Origin: Pontiella sp.
Lineage (GTDB): Bacteria; Verrucomicrobiota; Kiritimatiellia; Kiritimatiellales; Pontiellaceae
Length of the DNA stretch: 64,000 bases
Assembly: GCA_050290185.1 (NCBI GenBank)
Contig: JBNKHE010000002.1
Span: 256,001-320,000 of the forward strand
Reading direction: 5' to 3'
Shown: piece by piece, positions 32,071 to 42,841 of the stretch
Position numbering within the stretch: the first letter of the stretch is position 1
Layout: each line of letters starts with the position of its first letter
Program-made: the position numbers and the translations under genes
The notes under the pieces: generated by a model
Told to the model about the DNA's origin: nothing
The model's database searches: none
What the model saw: the letters and a program-made list of their open reading frames with translations, nothing else

Positions 32071-33855
32071 TCAGCAGATAGGTCGCGTTTTGGCCTCGAG
32101 CCAAGCGGCTTCGTCCGCATCCAGATGCGGCGACAGTTTTTCGAACACGGTCTTGTGGTAGTCGTTCAACCATTCGATTTCTGCGGCTGATAGCAGTTCC
32201 AACTTCAGCGGCGTGGTGTCGATCGGACAGAGGGTAAGCGTGCGGAAGCGGTAGAAGGAGCCGGATTCGGTTTCGCGATCCTCTTCGACAACGACCATGT
32301 TTTCGGTGCGGATACCGTGGCGGCCTTCCTTGTAGACGCCAGGCTCGATGGTCAGGATCATGCCGGGCTCAAAGGGCGTATCGCTGCGCTTGTGCTGGCT
32401 GAAGTTCTGCGGACCTTCGTGCACGTTCAGGTAACAACCAACGCCATGACCGGTACCGCATTTGTAATCAAGCCCCTGCTCCCAAAGCGGTTGCCGGGCG
32501 AGAATATCGAGGTTGTTGCCGGCGGCCCCTTTCAAAAAACGCACGCGGGAAAGGTTGATGACGCCTTTGAGCACCAGCGTGTAGTCCGTTTTTTGTTCTT
32601 CCGACAGCTCGCCCAGTGCAAAGGTGCGGGTGATATCAGTGGTCCCGCCGAGATATTGTCCGCCTGAATCAATCAGGTAGAATCCTTGCGGCTCCAGCGT
32701 GGCGCAGGTTTCCGGCTTCGGGAAATAGTGCATCATGGCCGCGTTGGAGCCATAGCCCGAGATGGATGTGAAGCTCAGGTCGACGCAGTCGGGACAAGCC
32801 CGCCGGAAAGCTTCGAGGCGATCGGCCGCCGAGCATTCCGTAACACCACCTTGCGGCACTTCGGTCTCAATCCACTTCCAGAAACGCACCATGGCCGCGC
32901 CGTCGAGTTCCTGCACCTTACTCCAGTTTTCCAACTCGGTTTCATTTTTGCACGCCTTTGGTAAATCCGTCAGGTCCTTTCCGGAAACCACCTTGCAGGA
33001 GACCTTGGCGTGCAGACTGGCGCTTACCCGTTCTTCGCAAAGATAGAGCGAAGCATCTTCCGGAAGCGCTTCCAGCGCTGACCAAACGGCATCGTACGAC
33101 GCGGCTTCGGCGCCAGCGGCGGCCAGTGCGGTGCAGACTTCATCCGTCAGCTTGGCTTCGTCGACAAAGAGGGTCGCCTTTTCGTTTTCCACCAGTGCAT
33201 AGGCGGTCAGGATCGGGCACATTGGCGTATCATCACCGCGGATATTGAAGAGCCAGGCAATATCGTAGAGCGAAGAGAGCAAATAAGCGTCCGCCTCCTG
33301 TTCACTCATAGCCTCGCGGATCTCGGCGAGCTTTTCGCCGGCAGAACGGCCGGAATAGGACAAAGGATGCAGTCTCGCCGGATTCACCGGAAGCACTGGA
33401 CGATCTTTCCAAAGGCCGGAAATGAGGTCGAGATCGGTTACGACCCGGATGTGTTTCTTCTTGAGTTTCTTTTCCCACGCCGCGACCTGCGCCGTGGTTA
33501 CCAACCGTCCATCAACCCCTACCGCGCCGCCTTCGGGCACCTTTTCAGCAATCCAATCGATCATCTCCGGCACACCGGGCATCAGCATCTTGAAGAGGTC
33601 GATTCCAGAGCCTTCCAGTTCTTTTTCTGCCTGGATGAAATAGCGTCCGTCTGCCCACAGCCCCGCCTGTTGCGGGAGGACGGCGACCGTTCCGACGGAC
33701 CCCGTAAAGCCGCTGAGCCATTCGCGGCATCGCCAATGGGGATGCACATATTCGGTCTGATGCGGATCGGCACTCGGAACGATAAAGGCGTCCAGCTTGA
33801 ATTGCTCCATTAACACGCGAAGCCGGCGGACGTTTTCAGATGCAGGTGTATTCAT
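32071..33855 (-). CDS. Xaa-Pro aminopeptidase (M24B, aminopeptidase P family)
   Basis: Motifs DPHQTEY, SGFTGS, DGRY, DSGGQYLGGTTDITRT, GHGVG...HEGP, EPG-x-Y, RTEN. Confidence 0.93.
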   Translation of the reverse strand: MNTPASENVRRLRVLMEQFKLDAFIVPSADPHQTEYVHPHWRCREWLSGFTGSVGTVAVLPQQAGLWADGRYFIQAEKELEGSGIDLFKMLMPGVPEMIDWIAEKVPEGGAVGVDGRLVTTAQVAAWEKKLKKKHIRVVTDLDLISGLWKDRPVLPVNPARLHPLSYSGRSAGEKLAEIREAMSEQEADAYLLSSLYDIAWLFNIRGDDTPMCPILTAYALVENEKATLFVDEAKLTDEVCTALAAAGAEAASYDAVWSALEALPEDASLYLCEERVSASLHAKVSCKVVSGKDLTDLPKACKNETELENWSKVQELDGAAMVRFWKWIETEVPQGGVTECSAADRLEAFRRACPDCVDLSFTSISGYGSNAAMMHYFPKPETCATLEPQGFYLIDSGGQYLGGTTDITRTFALGELSEEQKTDYTLVLKGVINLSRVRFLKGAAGNNLDILARQPLWEQGLDYKCGTGHGVGCYLNVHEGPQNFSQHKRSDTPFEPGMILTIEPGVYKEGRHGIRTENMVVVEEDRETESGSFYRFRTLTLCPIDTTPLKLELLSAAEIEWLNDYHKTVFEKLSPHLDADEAAWLEAKTRPIC

Positions 33856-33864
33856 GCGCAAAAG

Positions 33865-34635
33865 CTAACAATCCAAATCCTTCTTCGCAATCCCGTCCCA
33901 ACAGGAAGTTGCCCGGAATAATTCAGCCTCGTCACTCAGGATGGAGTGGGCAAAACCTTGCGGCCCGGTTTCCTCAACATACATGGAAACCGTTTTCCCA
34001 TAGACCGCTTCGGCGAGATAGTTGACTTCCAGTTTCGTTAGCGTGTGCTTTTGATGGAACTCCAGCGGCAGACTGTTTAATACCCATTCGATGTAGCGCA
34101 CGTTGTTGACATGCCCGTTCAGGTCGAGGTCGCCATAGGAGACCAACACCGACCCGACCCCCGCGCCGCCACAGCTCTTCAACCGGCGCAGCTTGGATTC
34201 AAACACACCGGGACTCACCGGCAGGTCGACGGAAAGATAAATTTCCGGAGGCATGCGTTCGCGCTTTTTGATGTCGATCAGCGACCATCCATTTGCCGCC
34301 AGCAGTACGCGATTCCCATTCCCATCGGTGATCTCGAAATCGCGATAGAAAAACAATTTGTCCCGGCCCGACGGCCAGGTTCGGATATTTACCGTATCGC
34401 CCCACTTCGGCAACCGGTCCACCTCGATCCGCTGACGGGCCAGCACCCAGGTCATGCCGCGCTCGGCCAGAAAAGAGTGTCCAAGCCCAAGGTGTTCGGC
34501 ATGGTGATATGCCGCCTCCTGCATGAAACGGCACAGTGCCGGCAGGCGCGCCGCCTGATGGGGGTCTACATCATACGAGCTGATCGCATGCTCCGTCCGC
34601 CATTCCGGTTTTACTGCTCTCGACATGCAAGACAT
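33865..34635 (-). CDS. Acyl-ACP thioesterase (double hotdog fold)
   Basis: MQEAA..H and catalytic DLDLNGHVNN-x-x-Y; start may be 34626. Confidence 0.9.
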   Translation of the reverse strand: MSCMSRAVKPEWRTEHAISSYDVDPHQAARLPALCRFMQEAAYHHAEHLGLGHSFLAERGMTWVLARQRIEVDRLPKWGDTVNIRTWPSGRDKLFFYRDFEITDGNGNRVLLAANGWSLIDIKKRERMPPEIYLSVDLPVSPGVFESKLRRLKSCGGAGVGSVLVSYGDLDLNGHVNNVRYIEWVLNSLPLEFHQKHTLTKLEVNYLAEAVYGKTVSMYVEETGPQGFAHSILSDEAELFRATSCWDGIAKKDLDC

Positions 34636-34847
34636 TTAACACGAAGCGCGCAAAAAACGCGAAGACCGGAAACGGAAATTCTTCGCTGTTACCATGATAT
34701 AAACTGGGAAAGCAAAATACCGCAATCTTCAACTTGATTGCCCGGCGGCCATGGTACCAAATATTTCTTTTTGATTATTGATCGCTTTAAGAAAAGCCGG
34801 TTGCACAAAACCATGTCTTGAAATTCCGAACAGAGAGGAAGAGACCG

Positions 34848-37800
34848 ATGAGAAAAGTAACACAGGTATTCACCGTATTGGCATGGGCAGCCCTGCTACT
34901 GGGAACGGCAACCGCCGGTACATCCACGAACCGGGTGCTATTCATCGGGAACAGCTTCACCTACTACAACGACATGCCGAACATGTTCGGCACGATTGCC
35001 GCCAACCGGGGGCATACTGTGGAGGTGGCCCAATCTACCGAGGGAGGCTATTTCCTTTCCTACCACGTTGCCGACTCCAATACGCTGGCACTCATCGACC
35101 AGGGCGACTGGGATTTTGTAGTGCTTCAGGATCAGAGCACCTGGCCGAGTGCCTGTGCCGTCTATCCGGATGTTATGGACTCGGAAACCTCCGTGGTGGA
35201 AATCCTCTACGACCGGGTCAAGGCGACCAGTCCGAATGCCTCAATTGTGCTGTTCGAGACCTGGGCGTGGGATGAAGGCCGAATCATCAGCAACTACAAC
35301 CAAGACACGAATTCGGTTATGGGCCCGGACGCTGCCACGATGCAGGCGCGTACTTCCTATACCTACCATTACCTGGCCGATTATCTTCGAGGCGTTGGCA
35401 AAAACGATGTCCGCGTTGCCCATGTGGGCGATGCGCGCGAAGTCAACCGTCTCGGACAAAACTACAACATGTTCCATGATGTCTCCCACCCCAATGCGGC
35501 GGGCAGCTATCTCGCCGCACTCGTCTTCTATTCCACGATTTTCGAAGCAGATCCGCTCGAAGTGACCTACAACCGGCTCAGCGCCACCGATAGCGCCTAC
35601 GTCCGTAGCATGGCCCGATACTCAGCGTATATTTCCGCTCCAAATCCTCCGCGGAATCCCACGGCAAGCGTGACCGATACCAATCAGGTGATAGGATGGG
35701 ATGAACCCATCTTTGCTCAAATGACCGGCACGAACGGCCTGGCTACCGGCTATGTGGTGGAACGGGCGCTCACCAGCGGCGGCCCCTATGCGGTGGTCGG
35801 AACCGTGGCGACAAACCAGTTTTCCGATACCGATATCAGCGCTGACGGTCCATACTACTATGTAATCAGCGCAACCAACAGCTCCGGCACCAGTCCCGTA
35901 TCCAAGGAACTTCTCGTGGTGCGAACCGCTCCTGCTACACCGACCGGACTTGTCGCCCAGGGAGGACATGCCAAAGTTTGGCTGACATGGAATGCCGTGC
36001 CGGGGGCAGATGGCTACGCCATCAAACGGGCCACATCCAGCGGAGGGCCCTACACCAATGCGGCGACCGGAACCACCGGGACGAACTATGTCGACACCGG
36101 GCTGATTGACAACACGGACTACTACTATGTCGTCAGCGCAACCAATGCATATGGAGCAAGCCTCGATTCCACGGAAGCTTCCGCAACGACGGTGGCACCG
36201 GCACTGGTGGCGCACTACGCAATGGATGGCGACGTAACCGACAGCTCCGGAAACAATCTCGATGCGACCGTCACGGGAGCGCCAACCTACGTCCCGGGTC
36301 ATTCCGGACAGGCGATTGCTCTAAACGGCTCCAGCGACTATGCCCAGGCACCTGCGGGCATCGCCGATTCGGACGACATCACAATCTCGGCCTGGGTCTA
36401 TTGGGACGGCGACAGCAATTGGCAGCGCATCTTCGACTTCGGGAACGACACCAGCCACTACATGTTTCTTTCGCCGAAAAGCGGCAACGGGACGCTACGT
36501 TTCGCGATCAAGAACGGGGGAAGCGAGCAGATTGTCGATACCACGGCACTCGCTACCGGCGTGTGGACACATGTGGCCGTGACGCTGGAACAGGATATCT
36601 CAACGCTCTACATCAACGGGGCGGCGGTGAGCGCGAACACGGCGGTCACCATCAATCCGTCCGACTTCAATCCGGTAGTCAACTATATCGGCAAAAGTCA
36701 GTGGCCGGACCCCTTGTTCAACGGGCGCATCGATGATTTCCGCGTTTATAACGGCGCACTGTCGGCGGCCGAAGTGAACTCGTTGATCGGCAGTGCGACG
36801 GAAGCCTACTGGAACTTTGAGGAAGGTACGGCGGATGCCTACGTGACCGGTCCGGCTACCGACGGTACATATATCGGCAGCATTCTGGATGTTTCCGGTA
36901 ACGGAAACAACCTGTCGCCCTGGGCGGCGAACTGGGAGTGGTATCGTGCCGATGCAGCCGCAGCGGCGACTCCGCAAAACGAAGTCGCCAATCACCTGAG
37001 CGTCCAGAATGCCAATAACAACAACGCCATGTCGGCCATCGGAACCTCGTTGACAACCTGGAATCCTTCGGCATGGACGATTGAGGCCGCCTTCAAAACC
37101 GATCGCACAACCGGTACCCAGACGATCGTCGGGCGCGACAGCCAGGGAGCCTATGCGGGCGACACGAGGGTGTCGGCGCTCTACTTCTCGGTGCGCGGAT
37201 CGGCCATGGCAATCCAGTTCACGGATACAGCCGGCAACAACTGGAATGTAGCCTCTGCGGCTGGTGTGGTTGCCGCAGGCAACTGGTACGCGGTTGCAGC
37301 AACATCCGATGGTTCAACGCTGTCGCTATACCTGAAAAACGTGACCGCCGGCGATGCGTCCTACACCCTGCTAGGCAGTCTGAATATCTCCAGCAGTGCG
37401 AATCCAGCCCTTTCGGTTGGCGCAGGCGATGGTGCCGATTGGGATGCCGGTGTGTTCTCGGTAGGCCGCGGCCTGTATAATGGCGGTCACGCCGACCGCT
37501 TCTTTGGATACCTCGATGACATCCGCCTTTCCGCGAAAGCGCTTAACCCCGACGAATTTCTGTACAACACGCCTACGGCTCCGTCATCCCCGACGGGTCT
37601 GAACGCAACAGGTGGCGATGGAAATGTGGCGCTCGACTGGGCCGACAATGCAGAACCTGATCTGGCAAGCTATAATGTGTATCGCTCAACAACCTCCGGA
37701 AGCTATGGCCCCGCGTTGGCAATAGGCATTGCGGGCAGCAGCTATACGGATAATACGGTTGGCAACGGCACCACCTATTACTATGTGGTGACCGCCGTGG

Positions 37801-38105
37801 ATACCGATGCCAACGAATCCGGCTTCAGCAGTGAAGCCAACGCGGTGCCCTCCATCGCTATAGCACCCGGAGAATACGCAATTTCCGAAAGCGCTATTTC
37901 CTCCGGAACGAATCTGGCGCTGACGGTTTCTTCTTCCGTACCGGGGCACCTTTACCGGGTGCTGGCCACCGACAGCCTCGTGACCCCGGACTGGCAACCT
38001 GCCGGAACCGCTCTCGCGGGCAACGGCACCAACCTGCTCTTTTCCATTCCCGTCGCCCCCAGCCAAACCAATCGCTTCTTCAAACTCAACGTGCAACGGC
38101 AATAG
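34848..38105 (+). CDS. Secreted SGNH/DUF4886-like esterase with FN3 and LamG domains and a C-terminal putative sorting domain
   Basis: Signal peptide; VLFIGNSFT and D-x-SHPN-x-x-GSY; FN3 YYYVV-x-A repeats; LamG WQRIFDFG...IDDFRVY; ends RFFKLNVQRQ. Confidence 0.82.
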   Translation: MRKVTQVFTVLAWAALLLGTATAGTSTNRVLFIGNSFTYYNDMPNMFGTIAANRGHTVEVAQSTEGGYFLSYHVADSNTLALIDQGDWDFVVLQDQSTWPSACAVYPDVMDSETSVVEILYDRVKATSPNASIVLFETWAWDEGRIISNYNQDTNSVMGPDAATMQARTSYTYHYLADYLRGVGKNDVRVAHVGDAREVNRLGQNYNMFHDVSHPNAAGSYLAALVFYSTIFEADPLEVTYNRLSATDSAYVRSMARYSAYISAPNPPRNPTASVTDTNQVIGWDEPIFAQMTGTNGLATGYVVERALTSGGPYAVVGTVATNQFSDTDISADGPYYYVISATNSSGTSPVSKELLVVRTAPATPTGLVAQGGHAKVWLTWNAVPGADGYAIKRATSSGGPYTNAATGTTGTNYVDTGLIDNTDYYYVVSATNAYGASLDSTEASATTVAPALVAHYAMDGDVTDSSGNNLDATVTGAPTYVPGHSGQAIALNGSSDYAQAPAGIADSDDITISAWVYWDGDSNWQRIFDFGNDTSHYMFLSPKSGNGTLRFAIKNGGSEQIVDTTALATGVWTHVAVTLEQDISTLYINGAAVSANTAVTINPSDFNPVVNYIGKSQWPDPLFNGRIDDFRVYNGALSAAEVNSLIGSATEAYWNFEEGTADAYVTGPATDGTYIGSILDVSGNGNNLSPWAANWEWYRADAAAAATPQNEVANHLSVQNANNNNAMSAIGTSLTTWNPSAWTIEAAFKTDRTTGTQTIVGRDSQGAYAGDTRVSALYFSVRGSAMAIQFTDTAGNNWNVASAAGVVAAGNWYAVAATSDGSTLSLYLKNVTAGDASYTLLGSLNISSSANPALSVGAGDGADWDAGVFSVGRGLYNGGHADRFFGYLDDIRLSAKALNPDEFLYNTPTAPSSPTGLNATGGDGNVALDWADNAEPDLASYNVYRSTTSGSYGPALAIGIAGSSYTDNTVGNGTTYYYVVTAVDTDANESGFSSEANAVPSIAIAPGEYAISESAISSGTNLALTVSSSVPGHLYRVLATDSLVTPDWQPAGTALAGNGTNLLFSIPVAPSQTNRFFKLNVQRQ

Positions 38106-38129
38106 GAAAACGCGGTCGCAGCTATTCCG

Positions 38130-38166
38130 GGTCATGGAGCAGCACAAAAGTGCTGCTTCCGTGACC
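38130..38166. terminator. Long hairpin between convergent genes (terminator or repeat)
   Basis: GGTCATGGAGCAGCAC-AAAA-GTGCTGCTTCCGTGACC. Confidence 0.5.
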
Positions 38167-38242
38167 TTCGAGTCTGCGGGAGTTGTTAGGTTTTAGAGAT
38201 GGCGTCCTTCCCGCTAAAGACGGGACACTCGCTGAGCGGGGC

Positions 38243-38268
38243 GGGCAACGAGGACGTTGCCCCTCCAC
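38243..38268 (-). repeat. REP-like hairpin
   Basis: Minus strand GTGGAG-GGGCAACG-TCCT-CGTTGCCC: short 5' leader plus GC-rich palindrome. Confidence 0.45.
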
Positions 38269-38290
38269 CAAAACCATTCTGCAAACGGTA

Positions 38291-38803
38291 TTAAATCGTT
38301 TTGGCTCGGAGTTCTTCGGGGAGCGAAAGCTGGTGATGGTGGCAGATGGCAATGGCCAGCGCGTCGGCTGCATCCTCCTGCGGCTGCTCGGTAAGATTGA
38401 GCAGGCGCATCACCATCTTCGCCACCTGATCCTTCTGCGCCGCGCCGGTGCCGACCACAGCCGATTTCACACTACGAGGCGAGTGTTCCGTGAGTACCAA
38501 TCCCTTTTTCGCGCAAGCCGTAATGGCCGAGCCGCGGGCCTGTCCCAACACCATGGCCGTCTGGGCATTCTTGGCAAAAAAGGCCCCCTCGATCGCCGCG
38601 CAGTCGGGTGCGTGTTCTTCAATCAGATCCGTGATCGAATTGAAGATGTTTTCCAGACAAAGCGAATGCGGATCCTTCGGCTTGTTTCGGATGCGGCCAT
38701 AGGCAACCGCCCGCAGATCGGATCCCCGTGCCTCAATAATTCCCACGCCCGTCGAACGCAGCGACGTATCAATCCCCAGAATTCGGATAGTCTTCTTTGC
38801 CAT
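38291..38803 (-). CDS. ruvC: Holliday junction resolvase RuvC
   Basis: RILGIDTSLRSTG, AIEGAF, LGQARG, VK-x-AVVG-x-G-x-A-x-K-x-QV, DAADALAIA. Confidence 0.95.
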   Translation of the reverse strand: MAKKTIRILGIDTSLRSTGVGIIEARGSDLRAVAYGRIRNKPKDPHSLCLENIFNSITDLIEEHAPDCAAIEGAFFAKNAQTAMVLGQARGSAITACAKKGLVLTEHSPRSVKSAVVGTGAAQKDQVAKMVMRLLNLTEQPQEDAADALAIAICHHHQLSLPEELRAKTI

Positions 38804-38859
38804 GACGAACAGACTACCCTGGGCGCAGAAAGTGGAAAGAAAATTTTCCAGTCCTGCCC

Positions 38860-38890
38860 AAAACAAAAAGCGGCCCGTTTCCGAGCCGCC
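38860..38890 (-). terminator. Intrinsic terminator after acnB
   Basis: Minus strand GCGGCTCG-GAAA-CGGGCCGC followed by TTTTTGTTTT. Confidence 0.85.
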
Positions 38891-38928
38891 TTCCACTTGC
38901 ACCAGAAACCTAGTGCCTCTTGCCTAAA

Positions 38929-41487
38929 CTATACCGAAAACTCCGTCATCTGATCGAAGTTGAGGTATTTGTAGACATTGTCGGTCTTGCCTTTCAGCTT
39001 CGGCCCGACGATCTCGACGTATTCAGCCGGAGTCGGCAACGCGCCCTTGAGCGCGACAACGGCGGCGAGCTCGGCCGAACCCAGATAGACCTGGGCATCC
39101 TTGCCCATGCGGTTGTTGAAGTTGCGCGTGGAGGTCGAGAACACGACGGCCTTGTCGTGGACGCGCGCCTGGTTGCCCATGCAGAGCGAGCAGCCCGGGA
39201 TTTCCAACCGCGCACCGGCGGCACTGAATTTCGCGTAGTAGCCCTCTTTCGTCAGCTGCGCCTGATCCATCTTGGTTGGCGGGCAGATCCACAGGTTGAC
39301 GTTGGCGAAACCTTCGCCATCGAGCACTTCGCCGGCGGCGCGGAAATGGCCAATGTTGGTCATGCAGCTTCCGATGAACACTTCGTCGACCTTGGCGCCC
39401 TGCACATCGGACAGCTTCTTCACATCGTCCGGGTCGTTCGGGCAGCACAGCAGCGGCTCCGTGATTTCGTTCAGGTCGATTTCAATAACCTGTGCATATT
39501 CCGCGTTGTCGTCGGCGCTCATGAGTTCGCCGTTTTCGATCCAATCCTTCACAGCATCGATGCGCTTTTGCAACGTCTCGGCATCGCCGTAACCGCCCTT
39601 GATCATCTCTTCCATCAGCTTCACGTTGGAATTGAGATATTCAACAACCGACTCACGACCAAGTTTAATGCTCGCTGCGGCCGCGGAGCGTTCGGCGGCA
39701 GCATCGGTCAACTCAAAGGCCTGTTCGACCTTCAGATCCGGCAGGCCTTCCATTTCCAGAATGCGTCCGGCAAAGACGTTTTTCTTGTTCTTCTTTTCAA
39801 CCGTAAGCAGGCCTTCCTGAATGGCCTGGTACGGAATGGCGTTCACGATGTCGCGCAGGGTTACGCCCGGCTGTAGTTCGCCTTTAAAACGAACCAGCAC
39901 CGATTCGGGCATATCCAGCGGCATCACACCCAATGCGGCGGCAAACGCAACCAGACCGGATCCGGCGGGGAAGGAAATGCCCAACGGGAAACGGGTGTGC
40001 GAATCGCCGCCGGTTCCCACGGTGTCCGGGACCAGCAGGCGGTTGAGCCACGAATGGATCACGCCGTCGCCGGGACGCAACGAAACACCCTTGCGGTTCA
40101 TGATGTAATCGGGAAGCGTGGCGTGGGTGATCACATCCGTCGGCTTCGGATAGGCCGCCGTGTGGCAGAACGACTGCATCACCAGATCGGCATTGAACTT
40201 CAGGCAGGCCAGCTCGGTGATTTCGCCGGCGGTCATCGGCCCGGTCGTATCCTGCGATCCGACCGTCGTCATTTTCGGCAGGCAGGAAGTGCCCGGGAGA
40301 ATGCCTTCAACGCCGCAGGCCTTTCCAACCATCTTCTGGGCCAGCGTGTAGCCCTGATGGGCTGCCGGCTTCGGATTATCCGGTACGACAAAAATGCCGG
40401 ATTCGTTGATGGAGCTCATGCCCAGCGCAGCCCGCGCTTTTTCAGTCAGCTGTTTACCGATGATCAGCGGCACACGTCCACCGGCACGATACTCATCAAG
40501 GATCGTGTCAGGTTTGATGGCGTAGGTAGAGATCTCGTTCCCTTCAGCATCGGTGATGAGCCCTTTGGTCGGATAGATTTTGATCACCTTGCCTGTGGTG
40601 AGCCCGCTCACGTCGGTCTGAATCGGCAGGGAACCCGAATCTTCCGCAGTATTGAAAAAGATCGGGGCAATGGTGCTGCCGATAATGATTCCTCCGCGGC
40701 GCTTGTTCGGGATGCACGGAATATCATCGCCAATATGCCAGAGTAGCGAGTTAATGGCCGATTTGCGCGATGAGCCGGTACCCACCACATCGCCGACAAA
40801 GGTGACAGGCAGGCTGGTCTTCTCCTTGAGTTCCGCGATTTCCTGCGGTCCGTTCGGGAACAACGTTCCGCCCATACAGGTGGAGTGCAACGGAATGTCG
40901 GCGCGGGTAAAAGCAAAGGAAGCCGGAGAGAAGTCATCGGTATTGATCTCGCCGTCTACCTTGTAGACGACCGTTTCAATCTCCTCTTCCACTTCGGGAA
41001 GCGACGTAAACCATTCGCCATTGGCCCAGGACTCCAGGATATCCTTTGCAATGGCATTCCCCTTGTCGGCCAGCGCCCGGACATCTTCAAAACGGTTAAC
41101 GGTAAGTACCATGTGTTTCAGTGCACTACCTGCCGTGCCCGCCAGCGGGCCCTGTTCATCCACCAGACGAATCAGACCATCCAGGTTGTAGCCCCCGACC
41201 ATCGTTCCGAGCAGTTCGACGGCGCGTTCCCGCGTAATGAGCGGAGTCGATTCCTCGCCATGTGCAACCTTGAACAGGAACTCGGCCTTAACCTGCGCCG
41301 CTGGGTCAACCCCCGGATTCACTCGATCTGTAATGAGTGCCACAAGCTCGTCTTCTTTACCGGCCGGCGGGTTCTTCAGCAGTTCAATGACTTCCACGGC
41401 CTGCTCCGTGCTTAGGGCTAGCGGCGGGATTCCCTTCTCTTCGCGGTCCTTGACATGGGCGTAATACGTTTCAAAAAAATCGGCCAT
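38929..41487 (-). CDS. acnB: Aconitate hydratase B / 2-methylisocitrate dehydratase
   Basis: N-terminal HEAT-like domain; [53 protein letters not shown]. Confidence 0.97.
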   Translation of the reverse strand: MADFFETYYAHVKDREEKGIPPLALSTEQAVEVIELLKNPPAGKEDELVALITDRVNPGVDPAAQVKAEFLFKVAHGEESTPLITRERAVELLGTMVGGYNLDGLIRLVDEQGPLAGTAGSALKHMVLTVNRFEDVRALADKGNAIAKDILESWANGEWFTSLPEVEEEIETVVYKVDGEINTDDFSPASFAFTRADIPLHSTCMGGTLFPNGPQEIAELKEKTSLPVTFVGDVVGTGSSRKSAINSLLWHIGDDIPCIPNKRRGGIIIGSTIAPIFFNTAEDSGSLPIQTDVSGLTTGKVIKIYPTKGLITDAEGNEISTYAIKPDTILDEYRAGGRVPLIIGKQLTEKARAALGMSSINESGIFVVPDNPKPAAHQGYTLAQKMVGKACGVEGILPGTSCLPKMTTVGSQDTTGPMTAGEITELACLKFNADLVMQSFCHTAAYPKPTDVITHATLPDYIMNRKGVSLRPGDGVIHSWLNRLLVPDTVGTGGDSHTRFPLGISFPAGSGLVAFAAALGVMPLDMPESVLVRFKGELQPGVTLRDIVNAIPYQAIQEGLLTVEKKNKKNVFAGRILEMEGLPDLKVEQAFELTDAAAERSAAAASIKLGRESVVEYLNSNVKLMEEMIKGGYGDAETLQKRIDAVKDWIENGELMSADDNAEYAQVIEIDLNEITEPLLCCPNDPDDVKKLSDVQGAKVDEVFIGSCMTNIGHFRAAGEVLDGEGFANVNLWICPPTKMDQAQLTKEGYYAKFSAAGARLEIPGCSLCMGNQARVHDKAVVFSTSTRNFNNRMGKDAQVYLGSAELAAVVALKGALPTPAEYVEIVGPKLKGKTDNVYKYLNFDQMTEFSV

Positions 41488-41579
41488 AACATGATCATCC
41501 TTATATTAATTCGCTAATGGGACTAAATTAGTATCTGGGACGCGGGGTGTCAATGTAGATGACGCCCTGAGGCTGGGCG

Positions 41580-42662
41580 CTATGCAAAGTCTTCGTCGCG
41601 CGTGCAGCAATAATCGATGATGCTGGAAATCGTGTCGGTCGATACACCCCGCCAGAAGATCTGCCACTTGCCGGAGAGGTGGTGCCCGTCAGCCTGCTGG
41701 TGGTACCACGAGTTGAAGGGGTTTGCCACGTTGGAGCGCCAGAAGAGCGCCGGGTGGTTTTCGCAGACTTCACGCCAGAGTTCCAGCGCCAGTCCTTCGC
41801 CGCGAGCCTCACGTCCAACAGCAAACTTGGAGAGATAGAGTCCGGCCGGATGCTTTTCGAGGAGTACGGCACCGCGATAATCCTTCTCGATGTAGGCCTC
41901 GCCCACGTTGTCCATGAAGGACTGGCTTTTCAGTTTCTTGCCGAAGCTGGCCTCAAGTAGGCCAACCATGCGGGCATGGTCGATTTTTTCCGCATCATGG
42001 ACGTGCTGGATTTCGCTCCCCTTGCGGAACAGTGTTCCGGCCCCTTTTACGGTAAATATTTCCTGCAGCAGGTTGATCGGCGAGGTAATGGAAAGGTGCA
42101 GTCCCGGCCGCGCTTCAAGCAGTTTTCCGCCCAGCGAAGGATAGTCGACCTCAAGGCTTTCCAACGGTTGCTGGTTTTCCTTGTGCGTATAAACGTAGGG
42201 CATCAGCTCCCCGGCCGTGTTCTTCAGCCCTCCGGCGGCACGAACGAAATGCACGCGCTTGGCCACATCGGGAACAAGCTGAAGCAAGGCGGCGTCCCAA
42301 TCCATGTTTTCGGCCACCAGCACCGGCACCTTGTCATCCAGCTTGGCCTTTTGAATGAAGGCCTTGGCGTCGCTGCCGGCAAGGGCATGAAACTCGAATA
42401 TCGGCTCCCTAGACAAGGAGTCGCGCATTTTACCGGCCTGTTCCCCGCAGAGCAGGATCGCCGGAACCAGTTCGAGCCGCAGCAGGAAATGCAGATCGAA
42501 TGCCAGCACCTCGGACCCGGCCTCGATGCTGCCCGGGTCCGGGCATAGCAATGCAAAGCAGGACGAATGCTCCGACTGGAACTTGTTCAGGTAGAACTCG
42601 TATTCGTCCCGCCGCCCGATGCTATCGAGAAACAGCCGTATCGTTTTGCTTAGCGTGATCAT
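41580..42662 (-). CDS. N-acetylglutamate synthase-like protein (degenerate kinase-like N-terminus plus DUF619-type NAT domain)
   Basis: EIFTVKGAGTL, LLE-x-SFG, YLSKFAV...GEGL, LFWRS...N-x-WY...ADG. Confidence 0.75.
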   Translation of the reverse strand: MITLSKTIRLFLDSIGRRDEYEFYLNKFQSEHSSCFALLCPDPGSIEAGSEVLAFDLHFLLRLELVPAILLCGEQAGKMRDSLSREPIFEFHALAGSDAKAFIQKAKLDDKVPVLVAENMDWDAALLQLVPDVAKRVHFVRAAGGLKNTAGELMPYVYTHKENQQPLESLEVDYPSLGGKLLEARPGLHLSITSPINLLQEIFTVKGAGTLFRKGSEIQHVHDAEKIDHARMVGLLEASFGKKLKSQSFMDNVGEAYIEKDYRGAVLLEKHPAGLYLSKFAVGREARGEGLALELWREVCENHPALFWRSNVANPFNSWYHQQADGHHLSGKWQIFWRGVSTDTISSIIDYCCTRDEDFA

Positions 42663-42673
42663 TGAAAGGATTT

Positions 42674-42840
42674 AGCCACAGATGAACACGGATTGACACG
42701 GATTTTCTTTGGGGGAATTTAGAAAACGAAGCGCTTAAACTTTACCCCATCGCGCCCAAAGTTGATCAGCAAGCCAACCTTGTGATTGGAAGCCCGGAGC
42801 TCGTTCAGCCATCCGAGTTAATCCGTATTTGTCCGTGGCT
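42674..42840. mobile_element. Degenerate element: 30-bp imperfect inverted repeats enclosing a GxxExxY-like gene remnant
   Basis: Arms at 42674-42703 and 42811-42840 (24/30 complementary) around a 107-nt spacer. Confidence 0.65.
42719..42808 (-). pseudogene. C-terminal 29 codons of a GxxExxY-like protein
   Basis: Translates to LNELRASNHKVGLLINFGRDGVKFKRFVF*, matching my recollection of the GxxExxY C-terminal pattern (L-N-x-L-K-A...GLLINFG...KR); no in-frame start. Confidence 0.7.
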
Positions 42841-42841
42841 A

